Program-made: the position numbers and the translations under genes
In this document: positions 23,907 to 35,896 of the stretch, in pieces
How positions within the stretch are numbered: position 1 is the stretch's first letter
How the letters are laid out: the number at the start of each line of letters is the position of its first letter
The notes under the pieces: model-generated
Seen by the model: only the letters and a program-made list of their open reading frames with translations
Database searches by the model: none
Told to the model about the DNA's origin: nothing
Origin: Eledone cirrhosa
Taxonomy: Eukaryota
Assembly (NCBI GenBank): GCA_964016885.1
Contig: OZ024745.1
Location: forward strand, 76,384,001 to 76,448,000
Direction of reading: 5' to 3'
DNA length: 64,000 nucleotides

Positions 23907-23924
23907 GGGCATTATTATTATTAA

Positions 23925-24112
23925 CGGTGGATTGGCAGTATCGGTAGAGGGTCAGACACCATGCTTTCCAGCATAGTTACGTCCCTTTACGATCTGAGTT
24001 CAAATCCCGCCGAGGTTGACTTTGCCTTTCATCCTTACGGGGTCGATAAAATAAAGTACCAGTAATGCACTGGGTAATTGCTGGCCTTGTGCCTAAAGTA
24101 GAAACAATTATT
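23925..24112 (+). mobile_element. SINE family A
   Basis: Full-length match to family consensus seen elsewhere in window; (ATT)n tail. Confidence 0.9.
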
Positions 24113-24408
24113 ATTAATATTATTATTATTATTATTCTCTACATTCTTTGCATCAAACTAAATATGTTGACAATCTTTTAATAATGTCTTCCTTGTGAAA
24201 TTTGTGGTCTTGTTTTGCTTAACTAATGAATATTTCCAGCTCTGCGCAACTAACCTCTGCATGAACCCAGCCACCTAGCTGCTTTCTTCTGCATATTGCA
24301 CATTGAGCACATGCCTTTACGCTTTGGCTTCTAACTAACTCACCAATCTTTCCTCTCATATCTCCTCTACTATCTCAATCTCTCTCTTTAAGATTGGTTA
24401 CTCTTGAA

Positions 24409-24493
<85 letters not shown>

Positions 24494-24497
<4 letters not shown>

Positions 24498-25250
24498 CGA
24501 AACATAAGTCAATTGCATGAACTCATAATCCTTTATTTACTGCTATATGTATTTCGATGATAGCCATTGAATGGCTATCACCTCATCAGGCAGTTAGTCA
24601 GTTCTTAGATATGCCAGCTCTGTGTTTATAGTGTTGATGGTATCAGAGCCTTGGGACATATGAGCTTGTTAGGAATAATTTAATGTTATCAGCAGGAATA
24701 GTCTTGATTCTCATTGGTCAGTTTGTAGATGGTAGTAGGGTTGGTATTTGACCTCAAAGAGGCAGGTGGTTTTGTAAAGTTCAAACCGTCAGGCAAGATG
24801 ACAATAGTTCCATATGACTGATTTTCACAAAAGGCATTCTTGGTCAGATATATATTCAATTAAGGTTAATAGTATGAAATAGATACTACAGGCCATTCTT
24901 AAATTGAGGAATTTATGTGGGAGGCCGCAACCGGGGCTTATCCATATAGCTTGAGGAAAGTTCCCGTCCTTAGGTGTCTGCAGGCACCGAATAAGTAGGC
25001 CCTTCTGTTTAATAGCTTGGTTCCGCCATGAAGAATCTCGAGTGTCTCACTAAGACAGAGGTTGCAAATACCAGACCCACCTCTGTCTGGGGGAACCTTT
25101 CTAACCACGAACCAGACCAGAGAGTGCGGGGTATTTTCAAGTTTCAGCTTCCAGATCAATTCAGAAAGGGCCGTACATTTCCTCTTATCTATTCTGTTAA
25201 AGGAATGGCGATGGTTATACCACCGATCTTTGAAGCTCGTCACTGTGGAA

Positions 25251-25253
<3 letters not shown>
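24494..25253 (-). mobile_element. Penelope-like element 3' fragment (GIY-YIG C-terminus + 3' UTR) within (TA)n
   Basis: IGST..FKDRWYNH..TALSELIW..CNLCLSE..LLNRR..CRH; flanked both sides by (TA)n. Confidence 0.85.
24539..24594 (-). ncRNA. Minimal type I hammerhead ribozyme
   Basis: Minus strand: actgc CTGATGA ggtgatagccatt-c-aatggctatcatc GAAA t-acat-a TA gcagt; complete core, 5-bp stem I, ~12-bp stem II, AUA triplet. Confidence 0.8.
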
Positions 25254-25337
<84 letters not shown>

Positions 25338-26414
25338 TCTATCAGCGTTCTTTCGTCACACACCTGTGATATCATCAGTGATATCATTATGTTCCCCCCC
25401 CCCCCCCCCTAGAAATATAAAATATACGTACAGCCCTCTGATTCCTATCTCTGTATAATTTTGTCCTTACAGTTTTGACCACTTCTCCAAATTCTATTTC
25501 AACTTACTAACATCTGTTGATTTATTTTTCTGGTAAACTTTCCTCCTCCTCCACATTTGTCTATGGCCCTAATAGTCCCTATATGTTTTGTCTCCCGCTC
25601 CCTTGCTGAACCTTCTATCCTTTAATCTCACTCACCTGATCCACACCGTTTCAACTTCTACTTTGGTCACTCCACATTTTGATTTTTCTCCAAACACTCA
25701 CACCATCGCACATTTGCTTTTTCCTTGCTCTTTTTCCTTCGCATCTGACCATAAGACACTACTTTAATTTTCTCATTCGCTGTTTTTTTTGTCTAGTGAT
25801 AAGACTATTTTTTCTCTATCTCCGAAAGACGAGCATTCGAAATGTTAGGCTTCTCTTTATCACATAAAATATATTCCACTGTTTGTTTATTGAAGTGCAG
25901 CAATCTTTCATTCTTACATTCGTTTGCAATATTTATTTTGTATAATCACTAGCATATTTGCTCTCATAATCACTTTAATGTACTGGGATTTTATCAGATT
26001 TATATGTAGGCTGCTTTTCATTGATTTTTGTCATTTTTGGGTACGATGAAAGGAAGAGAAAAAACCTATTAACACGCATGCACACACACTCACGCACACA
26101 CACACACCCACACACACACGCACACACACACACCAACACACACACACAATATGTGTTATCAAACTTGGACATCAATGTTATGATAATATGGTATGTTTGT
26201 ACTAATGTCCTACATGGTTATTACTTTGGGAAGTAGGTTTGGCATAAATACGTGATTTCAGTATTTTTTTTATAGATATTTATCAATAACTTTTATTTCT
26301 TAGTCAAAATATTTCAGTGTTCCTAATCTCTTTCACCCACTACTTTATAATAACCAATTGAAAAATCGGCTCGTCTGTATAACTATATTTGTATTTATTA
26401 TTTAGTCTTTATAG

Positions 26415-26610
26415 AGCAGTGGATTGGCAGAATCGGTAGATCGTCGGACACCATGCTTTGCCGCGTTTACGTACAGAGTTCAAATCTCGCCGGGGTTAGC
26501 TTTGCTTTTCATCATTACGGCGGCGATAAAATAAAGCACCAATAATGCACTGGGGTCGACTTTTCCCTCCCCTTAAAATTGTTGGCTTTGTGCTTAAATC
26601 AGAAACCATT
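26415..26610 (+). mobile_element. SINE family A, diverged
   Basis: GGATTGGCAGAATCGG..GAGTTCAAATC..GATAAAATAAAG. Confidence 0.75.
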
Positions 26611-27487
26611 ATTTAGTCCTTATATTCTTGCTTTGCTTTGATTTTTCTACCTTTGATTCAAATGATTAGGATTTTGTTTTCTTTATTTGCCTGTGCAACT
26701 TTTATATTTTATTTAGTATTTGATTGGTGGACTACAAATTTTGCGACAACTAATATGAAGTATCTAAATCGTGATAACTAGTTTATGACATTTAGTTTCC
26801 AAAATCTTGCTGACGAAATATTTTATTAATCTCACTTATGGAATCTATCTTCTAACATTTTCTAGCTTTACTATCTTGTTTGTTCAATATTCAAATAATG
26901 TTTCTATCTTGTAACATCTAATCTGTGCAACTCATTGTGTTGTATCTAGTTTGTGGTACAGCATCTGCTTTTGTATCCCTTAATTTCCTCTTCACCTCTG
27001 ATATTAATCTTTTCTTAGCATTTAAAAGAAGCTACAGTGCTTCTCAAAGATTGTATTTCTAAAGCGATGAACATATGAGTTAGAATTAAAACTCTGAATA
27101 CCACTAACATTTAATTCTGATGACAATTTCACATATAATTATGGCCAAGTTATCATAAATGGCTCTTTATTGAATTCACTTTTTAAATAAGTTGTCAACT
27201 TTGAATTAACCACTAAACCTTACATTGCTCACTATTTACTACAAGTTATTTGCTTTGATTTGTTAGATTTCAATAAGAACTGGGAGCACTGCTAAGTTAT
27301 TTTACTTTACTTTTCATTTACCAAGTTGTTTTTAAGGAGTATTTACTTAAAAACAAAAACAAAAACCAATCCAAGAATTGTTCTTTTGGATGAAAAACCA
27401 TACTCGATACGAATCAAAAATTAATATATCAATAGATTAATCCTACTAAAATGGTGGAATATGATTATTTTAATAATCATATTAATA

Positions 27488-27678
27488 GGGCAGTGGATTA
27501 GCAGTATCGGTAGAGGGTCGGACGCGCCATGCTTTCCAGCATAGTTACGTCCCTTTACGATCTGAGTTCAAATCCCGCCGAGGTTGACTTTGCCTTTCAT
27601 CCTTACGGGGTCGATAAAATAAAGTACTAGTAATGCACTGGGTAATTGGTGGTCTTGTGCCTAAAGTAGAAACAATTA
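27488..27678 (+). mobile_element. SINE family A
   Basis: Full-length consensus match. Confidence 0.9.
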
Positions 27679-28512
27679 TTTTAATAGAGATGAAACGAAC
27701 TAGAAAATCCAGCATCAATATGACCATGAAGAATTCATACCTACGCAGTTTCTTTCTACGACCAAAGTGTTTGTAATGTTCTACCTGCTAATCTCTAGTT
27801 ACATTGGTTTGTCAGATATACTGAAATATCAAAAAAACAACAAAAACCCTCCATAAAAATCACAAAGCAAAAACAAAAAAAAAAAACGTTCGTTATTCTG
27901 TGAATTCCACATCCTTAGCTTCAAAAGGTAACCATATGCTATGGATATTTGATATTTAGTGAATTTTCATCTTCACAATGGTACACTGCATCTTTAAGTA
28001 CTGCTGTATATATGCTATTATACACTTTTTCGTTCATATTAATCAATCCTAATTTGATTTAACTTTACGTGTTCGGAGCAACAGGAGACGCACTCACAAA
28101 ACTAGACTAAGTGTTCATTGGAAAAGAAACGGTTGAAAGTATTTGTACAAATCGTTTTTACACAAAAAATCAATTATCTAATATTTTATACATTTTCATT
28201 GCAAATGTGACACGAATTAAATGTTTAAAGAAGGTTATATTAATACCTTTTGTTGTTGTCATGACAATCAATTATGTTACAGAACACACGCAATAGGTAG
28301 TTAATTGGCTGAAAATGTGGAATATCAATGATGCATTTTCAAATAATAACCAACAATAACTTCTATCCCTTTCTTTAGATTAGTTCCCGGTAGTTGGTGT
28401 TTCGCATGGAATATATATCACTAACAAGTGATATATATTCTAAAATTCAAATCCTTATATGTGTATGATTATGACGAAATATACGAAATATCTGTATGAA
28501 AATGATGAAAAT

Positions 28513-29122
28513 AATTGTTTCTACTTTAGGCACAAGGCCAGCAATTACCCAGTGCATTACTGGTACTTTATTTTATCAACACCGTAAGGATGAAAGGCAA
28601 AGTCAACCTCGACGGGATTTGAACTCAGATCGTAAAGGGACGTAACTATGCTGGAAAGCATGGCGTTCGACCCTCTCCCGATACTGCCAATTGAAAATAA
28701 TGATGATGATGATATCGATAATTATCAATGCCAGCAATTTTGGGGGAGAAGAAAGTCGATTAAATCGACCCTAGTGCATTACTGGTACTTTATTTTATCG
28801 ACCCCGTAAGAATGAAAGGCAAAGCTAACCTCAGTGGGATTTGAACTTAGATACTAAAGGGTCGTAATTCTATGCTATAAAGCATGTTTTCTGACGCTCT
28901 ACCGATACTGCCATTCCATAATAATTGTTTCTACTTTTGCCAGCAATTACCCCAGTGCATTACTGGTACTTTATTTTATCGACCCCGTAAGGATAACAGG
29001 CAAAGTTAACCTCGGCGGGATTTGAATTGAGAACGTAAAGGAACTAACTATACTGCATAGCATGGCGTCCGACACTCTACCGATTCGGCCAATCCACCGC
29101 CCTTTCTGCCAATCCACCGCCC
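28513..29122 (-). mobile_element. Three tandem SINE family A copies
   Basis: Copies at ~28513-28692, 28725-28918, 28923-29122. Confidence 0.85.
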
Positions 29123-29412
29123 ATGTTCTTCTCAGTCTAAATATTCTCTTTTTCTTTTTCTATTCATCGCATATTTATTTATCAATAAAGTTTATCCTTT
29201 AAATTCTTTAAAACAGCTGTGTATTGTAGAACCGATTTCAGATGGTTTAGTATCAAACTATATTTCAATGGAAAGGTTAGAATTTAAAATTCAACTAATC
29301 TTAAAATACTCTAATGGTTTCAATATATATTTTACCAAATCTTCATAATGGTAAATAATTTACTTATATATTAGTGGCAAGTAAACATTGTGACAAATGT
29401 TTGGCTACTTTT

Positions 29413-29590
29413 AGAAAAAAAAGAAAAAAGAAAAAAGAAAAAAGAAAAAAGAAAAAAGAAAAAAGAAAAAAGAAAAAAGAAAAAAAGAAAAAAGAAAAAA
29501 GAAAAAAGAAAAAAGAAAAAAGAAAAAAGAAAAAAGAAAAAAGAAAAAAGAAAAAAGAAAAAAGAAAAAAGAAAAAAGAAAAAAGAAAGA
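29413..29590. repeat. A-rich satellite (A5-6G)n
   Basis: Alternating AAAAAG/AAAAAAG; explains poly-K/F ORFs. Confidence 0.95.
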
Positions 29591-29609
29591 TAAGAAAAGA
29601 GAGAGATAA

Positions 29610-29950
29610 ATTTCTTTATTAGCCACAAGGGCACAAAAGAAGGGGACACATACAAATGGGGAGTTTACATACAGGTATATGAAAATAAAACTATTAATAC
29701 AATATCAAATAGCAATTGAAATTCCCAATAGGGGGGATGTGTGACACAGGGGTTGTACACACCCCGAAAAAATGTACAACCCTCATCTCCAGGAGCACCT
29801 AGAGTGAGTACTCCCTTCTTCTCTTCCTCTTTTTCCTCAACCTACAGGCTTATATAGAGAGAAGGCCCAACCACTCGGGCCATCTTTGCCACATTCACCC
29901 ACCTTTTATAAAATTTGCTGGGGTACAGCACCTCTCTCTCATCCTGAGAG
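29610..29950 (-). mobile_element. Probable L1/Tx1-type LINE 3' end
   Basis: Minus strand R(E)VLYPSKF.KR.VNVAKM-like C-terminus then UTR ending CTTGTGGCTAATAAAGAAA; family assignment from recall. Confidence 0.45.
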
Positions 29951-30168
29951 TGAGATAGAGATATAGGTAGATAGATAGAGAGAGAGACACAGAGAGGGGA
30001 GAATTTTTTAACTAACTATATATACACACAAACACATATATATATATACCCTCATACAGATGTGTACATATACACCGTATACACGACCTCCCCCTATTCA
30101 CGCCAACTGGTGTCGTTAGCAGAAAAATGTTGATAAATTGGCACAAAAGAGACATCGATTAATTACAG

Positions 30169-30356
30169 GGCGGTGAATTGGCAGTATCAGTAGAGGGTTG
30201 GACGCCATGCTTTGATGCATAGAGTTACAACCCTTGCCATTCTGAGTTCAAATCCCGCCTAGGTCAACTTTGCCTTTCATCCTTACGGGGTCGATAAAAT
30301 AAAGTACCAGTAATGCACTGGGATAATTGCTGGCCTTGTGCCAAAAGTAGAAACAA
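30169..30356 (+). mobile_element. SINE family A with TSD ATTAATTACAG
   Basis: Consensus match; flanking direct repeat. Confidence 0.9.
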
Positions 30357-30411
30357 TTAATTACAGTGTAAAAGATACAATTACGTTTATGAACAAGGTT
30401 CCTTTCCAACT

Positions 30412-30935
30412 CTTCTTCTTCTTCTTCTTCTTCTTCTTCTTCTCCCATTTATTCATCAGATGGTCGCAGGGACAGAGTCCTCAAATATTCCTTCCAGCGT
30501 GTCCTGTCAGAAGTAACCGTCTCCAACTGAGATCTCCAAGCGAGACCAGCCAAGCTTATGGATGTTATCCATCCATCTTGCTCGAAGTCTACCCCTGGGT
30601 CTCCTACCGGTTGGTTTTGCCTGTAAAATCTGTCCAGCGATTTTTTTCCACGGACAATCGGAGCCGTGATCTCTCAATCCGAAGAAGTAGCGGCTCTACC
30701 CGGAGTGTTTCTCTGATCTCCGAACTACGCACTCTATCGAGTAACGTTACTCCAAAGACCCTTTGGAGGAACCACATTTCGCGATCGTATACTTTCGGTC
30801 ATTACCCAAGATTCATGACCATAGGTAAGGGCTGGCACGAATACGGAATTAAAGTAAGCGAGTTTAGCTTTTACGCCTACCTCCTTTCTTTTGATTACCG
30901 AATAAAGCTGGCGCATTACAGCACATAAGCGATGC
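30412..30935 (-). mobile_element. RTE-clade LINE 3' fragment, same family as 10023-10362
   Basis: KAKLAYFNSVFVPALTYGHESWVMTE; RRPRGRLRARW; (GAA)n tail. Confidence 0.85.
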
Positions 30936-31675
30936 ATTTGTTACCAAATAGTTGAGGTAAAATATCATCCATTATCGAACCAAATCTTCTCATTTGCATG
31001 TTTGACATTAAGTGTCTGGTAATACTCTGCTTCACTGAGCAGGTCTAATAAAACCGAAACATGTTCAGACTTGTCACTGTACTTGATAAAGATCAAATGC
31101 TCTCTTCATTTTATGCTTCATTTAATCTAAAATTCATTTAATCAATTTACTGTTGTCTCCGTTGAACAGAATTGAACCGTCATATCTTCACTGCGAATTT
31201 AATTTTAATTAAGACTTTTTGACTAACTACATTAAGTATGTTATTTACACCAGAAGTTCTCAACCCCCCCTCCTCACGGCCATGTAATCCCCTCAGCACC
31301 CCACCCATATTTCCAGAGAGACCTGCCTACATGCAGATTGTAAATAATATATAATAAAGAAAATCGTTAATTTATATATAATAAATCTAATATATATTTG
31401 TGAAATGGGTGGTGGTTGAAATTCAGATGTGCACGGTTAAATGGTAGTAGACGTGGTCGGACGGACATGGAAATTTACACACCTATGTAAAACGTGCCAA
31501 GGAAGCAAATAGACGAGGTTTCAAATCTCTAACTTGAAAAATGTGGTCCCTGGGGCCCCAAAACGGTCTATTTACTATCGTGTTCGGTGAGTTATTTCCC
31601 CCTGTTCTAATACTTGGATCAGTTATTTTCCGTAGTTGCTTTCAATATTCATTGTGTTATTTACAATTTCATACA

Positions 31676-31721
31676 AATAAAGCAGTAAATAAAGGATTAT
31701 GAGTTCATGACTTATGTTTCG

Positions 31722-31725
<4 letters not shown>
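31676..31725 (+). mobile_element. Terminal remnant of the Penelope-like element at 24494
   Basis: GCAGTAAATAAAGGATTATGAGTTCATGACTTATGTTTCGTCAC followed by (TA)n. Confidence 0.7.
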
Positions 31726-31788
<63 letters not shown>

Positions 31789-32089
31789 TGAAAACGCTTT
31801 AATAAAAAAAAATATCAACTGTAATGTATGTATGCATGTATTTATGTGTTTATATGAGCGGGGATAAGCAAGTAAATCTTACTTTGTGGACAGCGGCCCC
31901 TTAGCATAATATTCATGCTAGAACAGCATATATTTGAAAGTTTTCAGGGAGTTGAATTACTGATTTTGGATTGGCAGCTTTATTGAAATGTGCAGTGTAA
32001 ACATTTTTTATTATTCCTCGGGGATGAATCTTCTCTGCCTTTTTCCATCTCTTTCTTTCTCCCTGGAAGAAATCAGCCTAAAAAAATGG

Positions 32090-32237
32090 TTAGATACACC
32101 ATGACGCACCGTGCATCACGGTGGAGTTGAAAAGCAGACTCAGAACATGGCGTTGTGTGGGGGTGGCTTGCAGCCCAATGTTCCAGGGGGAACAAAAGAA
32201 GAAGAAGAAGAAGAAGAAGAAGAAGAAGAAGAAGAAG
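32090..32237 (+). mobile_element. Short LINE 3' end with (GAA)n tail (RTE-like)
   Basis: GC-richer stub ending CAATGTTCCAGGGGGAACAAAA(GAA)n. Confidence 0.45.
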
Positions 32238-32350
32238 GTGTGAGCTGGAGTCCTATCAAATATGTAGGTTGTGTCTTAAATTGAAGGTTTAGTAGAAACA
32301 ATTCATGTATAGTTTTGTACTTTTCTTTTTGTCATTCATATATAAACAAA

Positions 32351-33425
32351 TCTACTATATAAATTGGAAGTGGTCGGACGTTGTATATGTAGGTGTAGTC
32401 GGATAAACGTCGAAACGGCTTGGTGGAAATGCAGCGAAAATTTACACAGTTATGCAGAATGACCCGAGGAGGCGTTGGGTCGACTTTCAAGCTACAAGCT
32501 ACAAGCTTGAAAGAAAATCGATGAAACAGGAATTTCCCATTCAAATTGAACTGAGAGTAATCTGTGAACGCAGAAGTAAATATTTCGAGAAACGTTGCAA
32601 CCGAACGAAAACAGGAAGACGATATTTTGGTTCGTGAAGACGTTCCCTGGCATTGAACGGGAAAAAGCGAGGATAATACGTCGTTATGTGGAGCGTAAAG
32701 AACAATTTCATGCAAAGACAAGACCAAGTTTATGGTATAAATGGAGTGGTTAGACTAATATTCTATTTAAAATAACAGAATGATTTCCAGCCCCGGAGTT
32801 TAAGAATGATGTAAATAAAATTCAAAACGAAAATGACAGAGATTATTAAAATAGTAAAAGTAAATAGTGAAGATTTAGGCCAGTACATACGTATGCCCCG
32901 ACGGACATACACATACATACGCACACACAAATACATACCCCCCTACCCCCACCCCACACGAACGAACGCACGCGCGTATGTATAAACCTTATGCATTTCT
33001 ACAGTATTTTTACCAAACTTAAGACATAGGTTACTTATGTACTCCGGATGGTCATGGGCACTGTCATTTTTCCAGATATTGATTATAGCCCCCCCCCCCG
33101 GCAGATAACCCCTTTAACCACTTTAACCACTTCCTTGGAGTTGACTGAAGCACTGCAGTGTAATGCAACAAAATGTCATAACTTCTGGAGTTCGCAACCG
33201 ATTTTCACAAAACTTGACACATGGGCTATGTTTGTCTTACAGATGAATGTGAACTCTCAGAATTGGCACATATTGGGTAGGGGACCCCTGGGGGCAGGAA
33301 CCCCCTTTTGGAAAAAGCCGATGATTTTGTAAAAGTATAGTTTTCGAAGCAGCACTGAAGTATTGACATAAATGGTATACACAACTGCTATTTAATACCC
33401 GAGCAACGCCGGGTACTTCCGCTAG
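32351..33425 (+). mobile_element. Non-autonomous Helitron
   Basis: A|TCTACTATATAAA start; CCCGAGCAACGCCGGG hairpin then CTAG|T end; homologue of 3739-4700. Confidence 0.8.
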
Positions 33426-33428
33426 TAA

Positions 33429-33455
33429 TCTATATATAAAACTGTTGTTGTTTTT

Positions 33456-33523
<68 letters not shown>

Positions 33524-35086
33524 CGTGTGTGCGTATGTGTATGTGTGTGTGTGTCCTCATTTTTACAAAGTCTATACAAATCCACATTTCTACTCCGATT
33601 GACTTCAAACTTGCATTTATATATTCATTGCGGTCTAAAGATATTAACTGCAGATTTTATTTTCCAATTTTCTGTTGTTAAAGGGGTGTTAAGCACCGGT
33701 TATCCATCTCCGTCGCGCTCTTATAATATCTGTCTGTATGCCTGGCGAATATTGATGACGTATTATGTTCGCTATTATCCGTTCATTGCCAGGGAACGTC
33801 TTCACGAACCAAAGTATCGTCTTCCTGTTTTCCTTCGGTTGCAACGTTTTTTGAAATATTTACTTCTGCGTTCACAGATTGATGTTTTTAGTTTCAGAAG
33901 ATCCCGTTAAGGGTGAAAGCGACGATTTTTTGCTTAAACTTTAATCTGTTATTTTAATCTATATATGTATATTTATAAAACTGAGGAAGGATGTATGTAC
34001 GGTGAGGAGGTGACTTTGGACATCCTGCAGGACTAAAAACAAAACCTGTCAAAGGGCAAAGGAGCTCTTAACAGTCAATGGCCATCCAAAATCACCGGGA
34101 GAGATGACCCCTTAGCCTTTGTCAAGGCAGAATTCTAGGAGAATGAAAACTCTGATATAACACCTGCAGCCCTGATGGTATCCAATGATGTTGACTTGTT
34201 CTTCTTTTTGGTAAATATCATCTTGGTTAAGAGCGTGGGACTGGCTTTGTGCAGTGCCTTTACTCATTATAAAATCTTCACGGCGCAGGCATTGCTTTAT
34301 ATCTGGAGATCTCTCTGCACTTGTCGTCACATGGTACCATGGGCCCAGCACTATGTGTCAATAATTGTTACAAGCGTAGTGTTTGTACCAGAGTTTTCAA
34401 GTCACTGGCTGGACTAAAAAGTCACACTTGTTCAGCGCATCGGTAGGGGTTCTCCTACATGGATATAAAGTAGTGGCCGTACTCGAAAACGAGTTGGCAG
34501 CCACCATGTATGCATGTATGTGTGTATGTGTGTATGTGTGTGTGTATGTGTGTGTGTGAAACCCGAGAAGTACCCAACCGATCTTTGTCAAACTTTACAT
34601 GTGTATTACTTATATATGCACATGAAAAAATTCAACTTTTTGAAAAACTGCGTTTTTTCCAGCTTTTTAGGAGTTTTTTTAGGCGTTACGTCAGACCGAT
34701 TTCCTTGAAATTGTAACTATATATTAGTCAGTCTCTTCTTCATACCGTTAGCAAAGAAAATCCAACTTTTTTTATGCCCATTAGGTGAAAAACTTCATTT
34801 TTTTCAGCTTTTTAGGGCTTTTTTGAGGCGTTACATCTAGCCGATTTTCCCGAAATTTCAAGGCATATTATGCACATAAAAAAATTCAGTTTCTTGATCC
34901 CCTAGTAGGTGAAAACCTGCCTTTTTCCTGCTTCATCGAAGAAAATCTTAGATTATCCAGCCATCAAAGTATTCGGTTTATTTTCTTTACATATTGTCCA
35001 GGCATGCAGTTTTTCCACGATTAGGTCTGTTGGCGGCCCGCGTTCCAAAATACCTTATCCCGTGCAACGCTGGGTACCGCTGCTAG
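33429..35086 (+). mobile_element. Non-autonomous Helitron(s), nested; second TC start at 33958
   Basis: TCTATATATAAAACTG+(TG)n; ends CCCGTGCAACGCTGGG..CTAG|T; interrupted by 34001-34505. Confidence 0.7.
34001..34505 (+). mobile_element. Interspersed repeat resembling an RTE-LINE 5' region
   Basis: Near-identical inverted copy at 39737-40240; both end at GAGTTGGCAGCCAC inside microsatellites. Confidence 0.65.
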
Positions 35087-35114
35087 TATATATCTATATA
35101 TCTATGTGTATATA

Positions 35115-35199
<85 letters not shown>

Positions 35200-35204
<5 letters not shown>

Positions 35205-35896
35205 AGATCGCTTTAACCTGTCTTTTATTATTCAAAATCTTCTTGCCAATAAACATTAACTCTTTGTGCGCCATTCATCTAACTGTAGACTAACAAATAC
35301 CAAGTAAACGGAGCGTTGACAAGAACAATGGCGAATGAATCTTCGAGGTAAGCAGTTTCCTCCCGAGCTGTTACTTCACACGGGATTCTCTGCTACACCT
35401 TTTCATAATAATACCAAACAATGTACTGCTGGTCACTCCTTCCTCCAAAAGCCGTACAAAGTGGACATGTGCATCGGGCAGATGGATCGGGTGCAAATCT
35501 ACACCAGGCCTACACGAGAAATTCGCAAGGGACTGCACCGAGAGGGATAGAGAGAAAGAGTAACTTAGTGGGAAGAGTGCTAATGAACTTTTGAGGTAAG
35601 TAGCCTACGCCTTACTGCTATGACACTGGAACCTTCTGCCAACTTAACCTGTGACTTTCTCTTTCACATTTACTGCAAAAGACCAAAACAGAGGAGTATG
35701 AAAAGAAGGGGCTCAACAATATTTCTATGAACAATGCACGTAGACAGCTAAACTGTACTTTCAACTTCTTTTTTCAATTTCAACTTCAAGTTTCCTGTCG
35801 GTATATTTTCGTGAGTTTTTAACAGGCACTCACAAATAAACATTTTTCATTGGAGGAACAATGTTCTTACCCGTGCAACGCCGGGTACACTGCTAG
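35200..35896 (+). mobile_element. Non-autonomous Helitron 3' part
   Basis: Ends TTACCCGTGCAACGCCGGGTA hairpin + CTAG|T; internal duplication of AATGAA.CTT.GAGGTAAG. Confidence 0.6.

Larger units (their letters stand above)
20906..23910 (+). mobile_element. Penelope-like element, 5' truncated, with inverted 5' segment
   Basis: RT+GIY-YIG ORF; 21068-21188 is the reverse complement of 22671-22792; inserted next to (TA)n; hammerhead-like motif in 3' region. Confidence 0.88.

Noticed and set aside
23925-24020. tRNA-like A/B boxes in SINE heads
   Set aside because: No cloverleaf; they are multicopy SINE heads, not tRNA genes.
27742-27821. Minus-strand segment with good acceptor and donor
   Set aside because: Stops in all three frames.
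29371-29655. Poly-Lys / poly-Phe ORFs
   Set aside because: A-rich simple repeat.
31036-31070. CTGAGCA...GAAACATGTTC hammerhead-like string (similar at ~25820)
   Set aside because: Core and stem I too degenerate.
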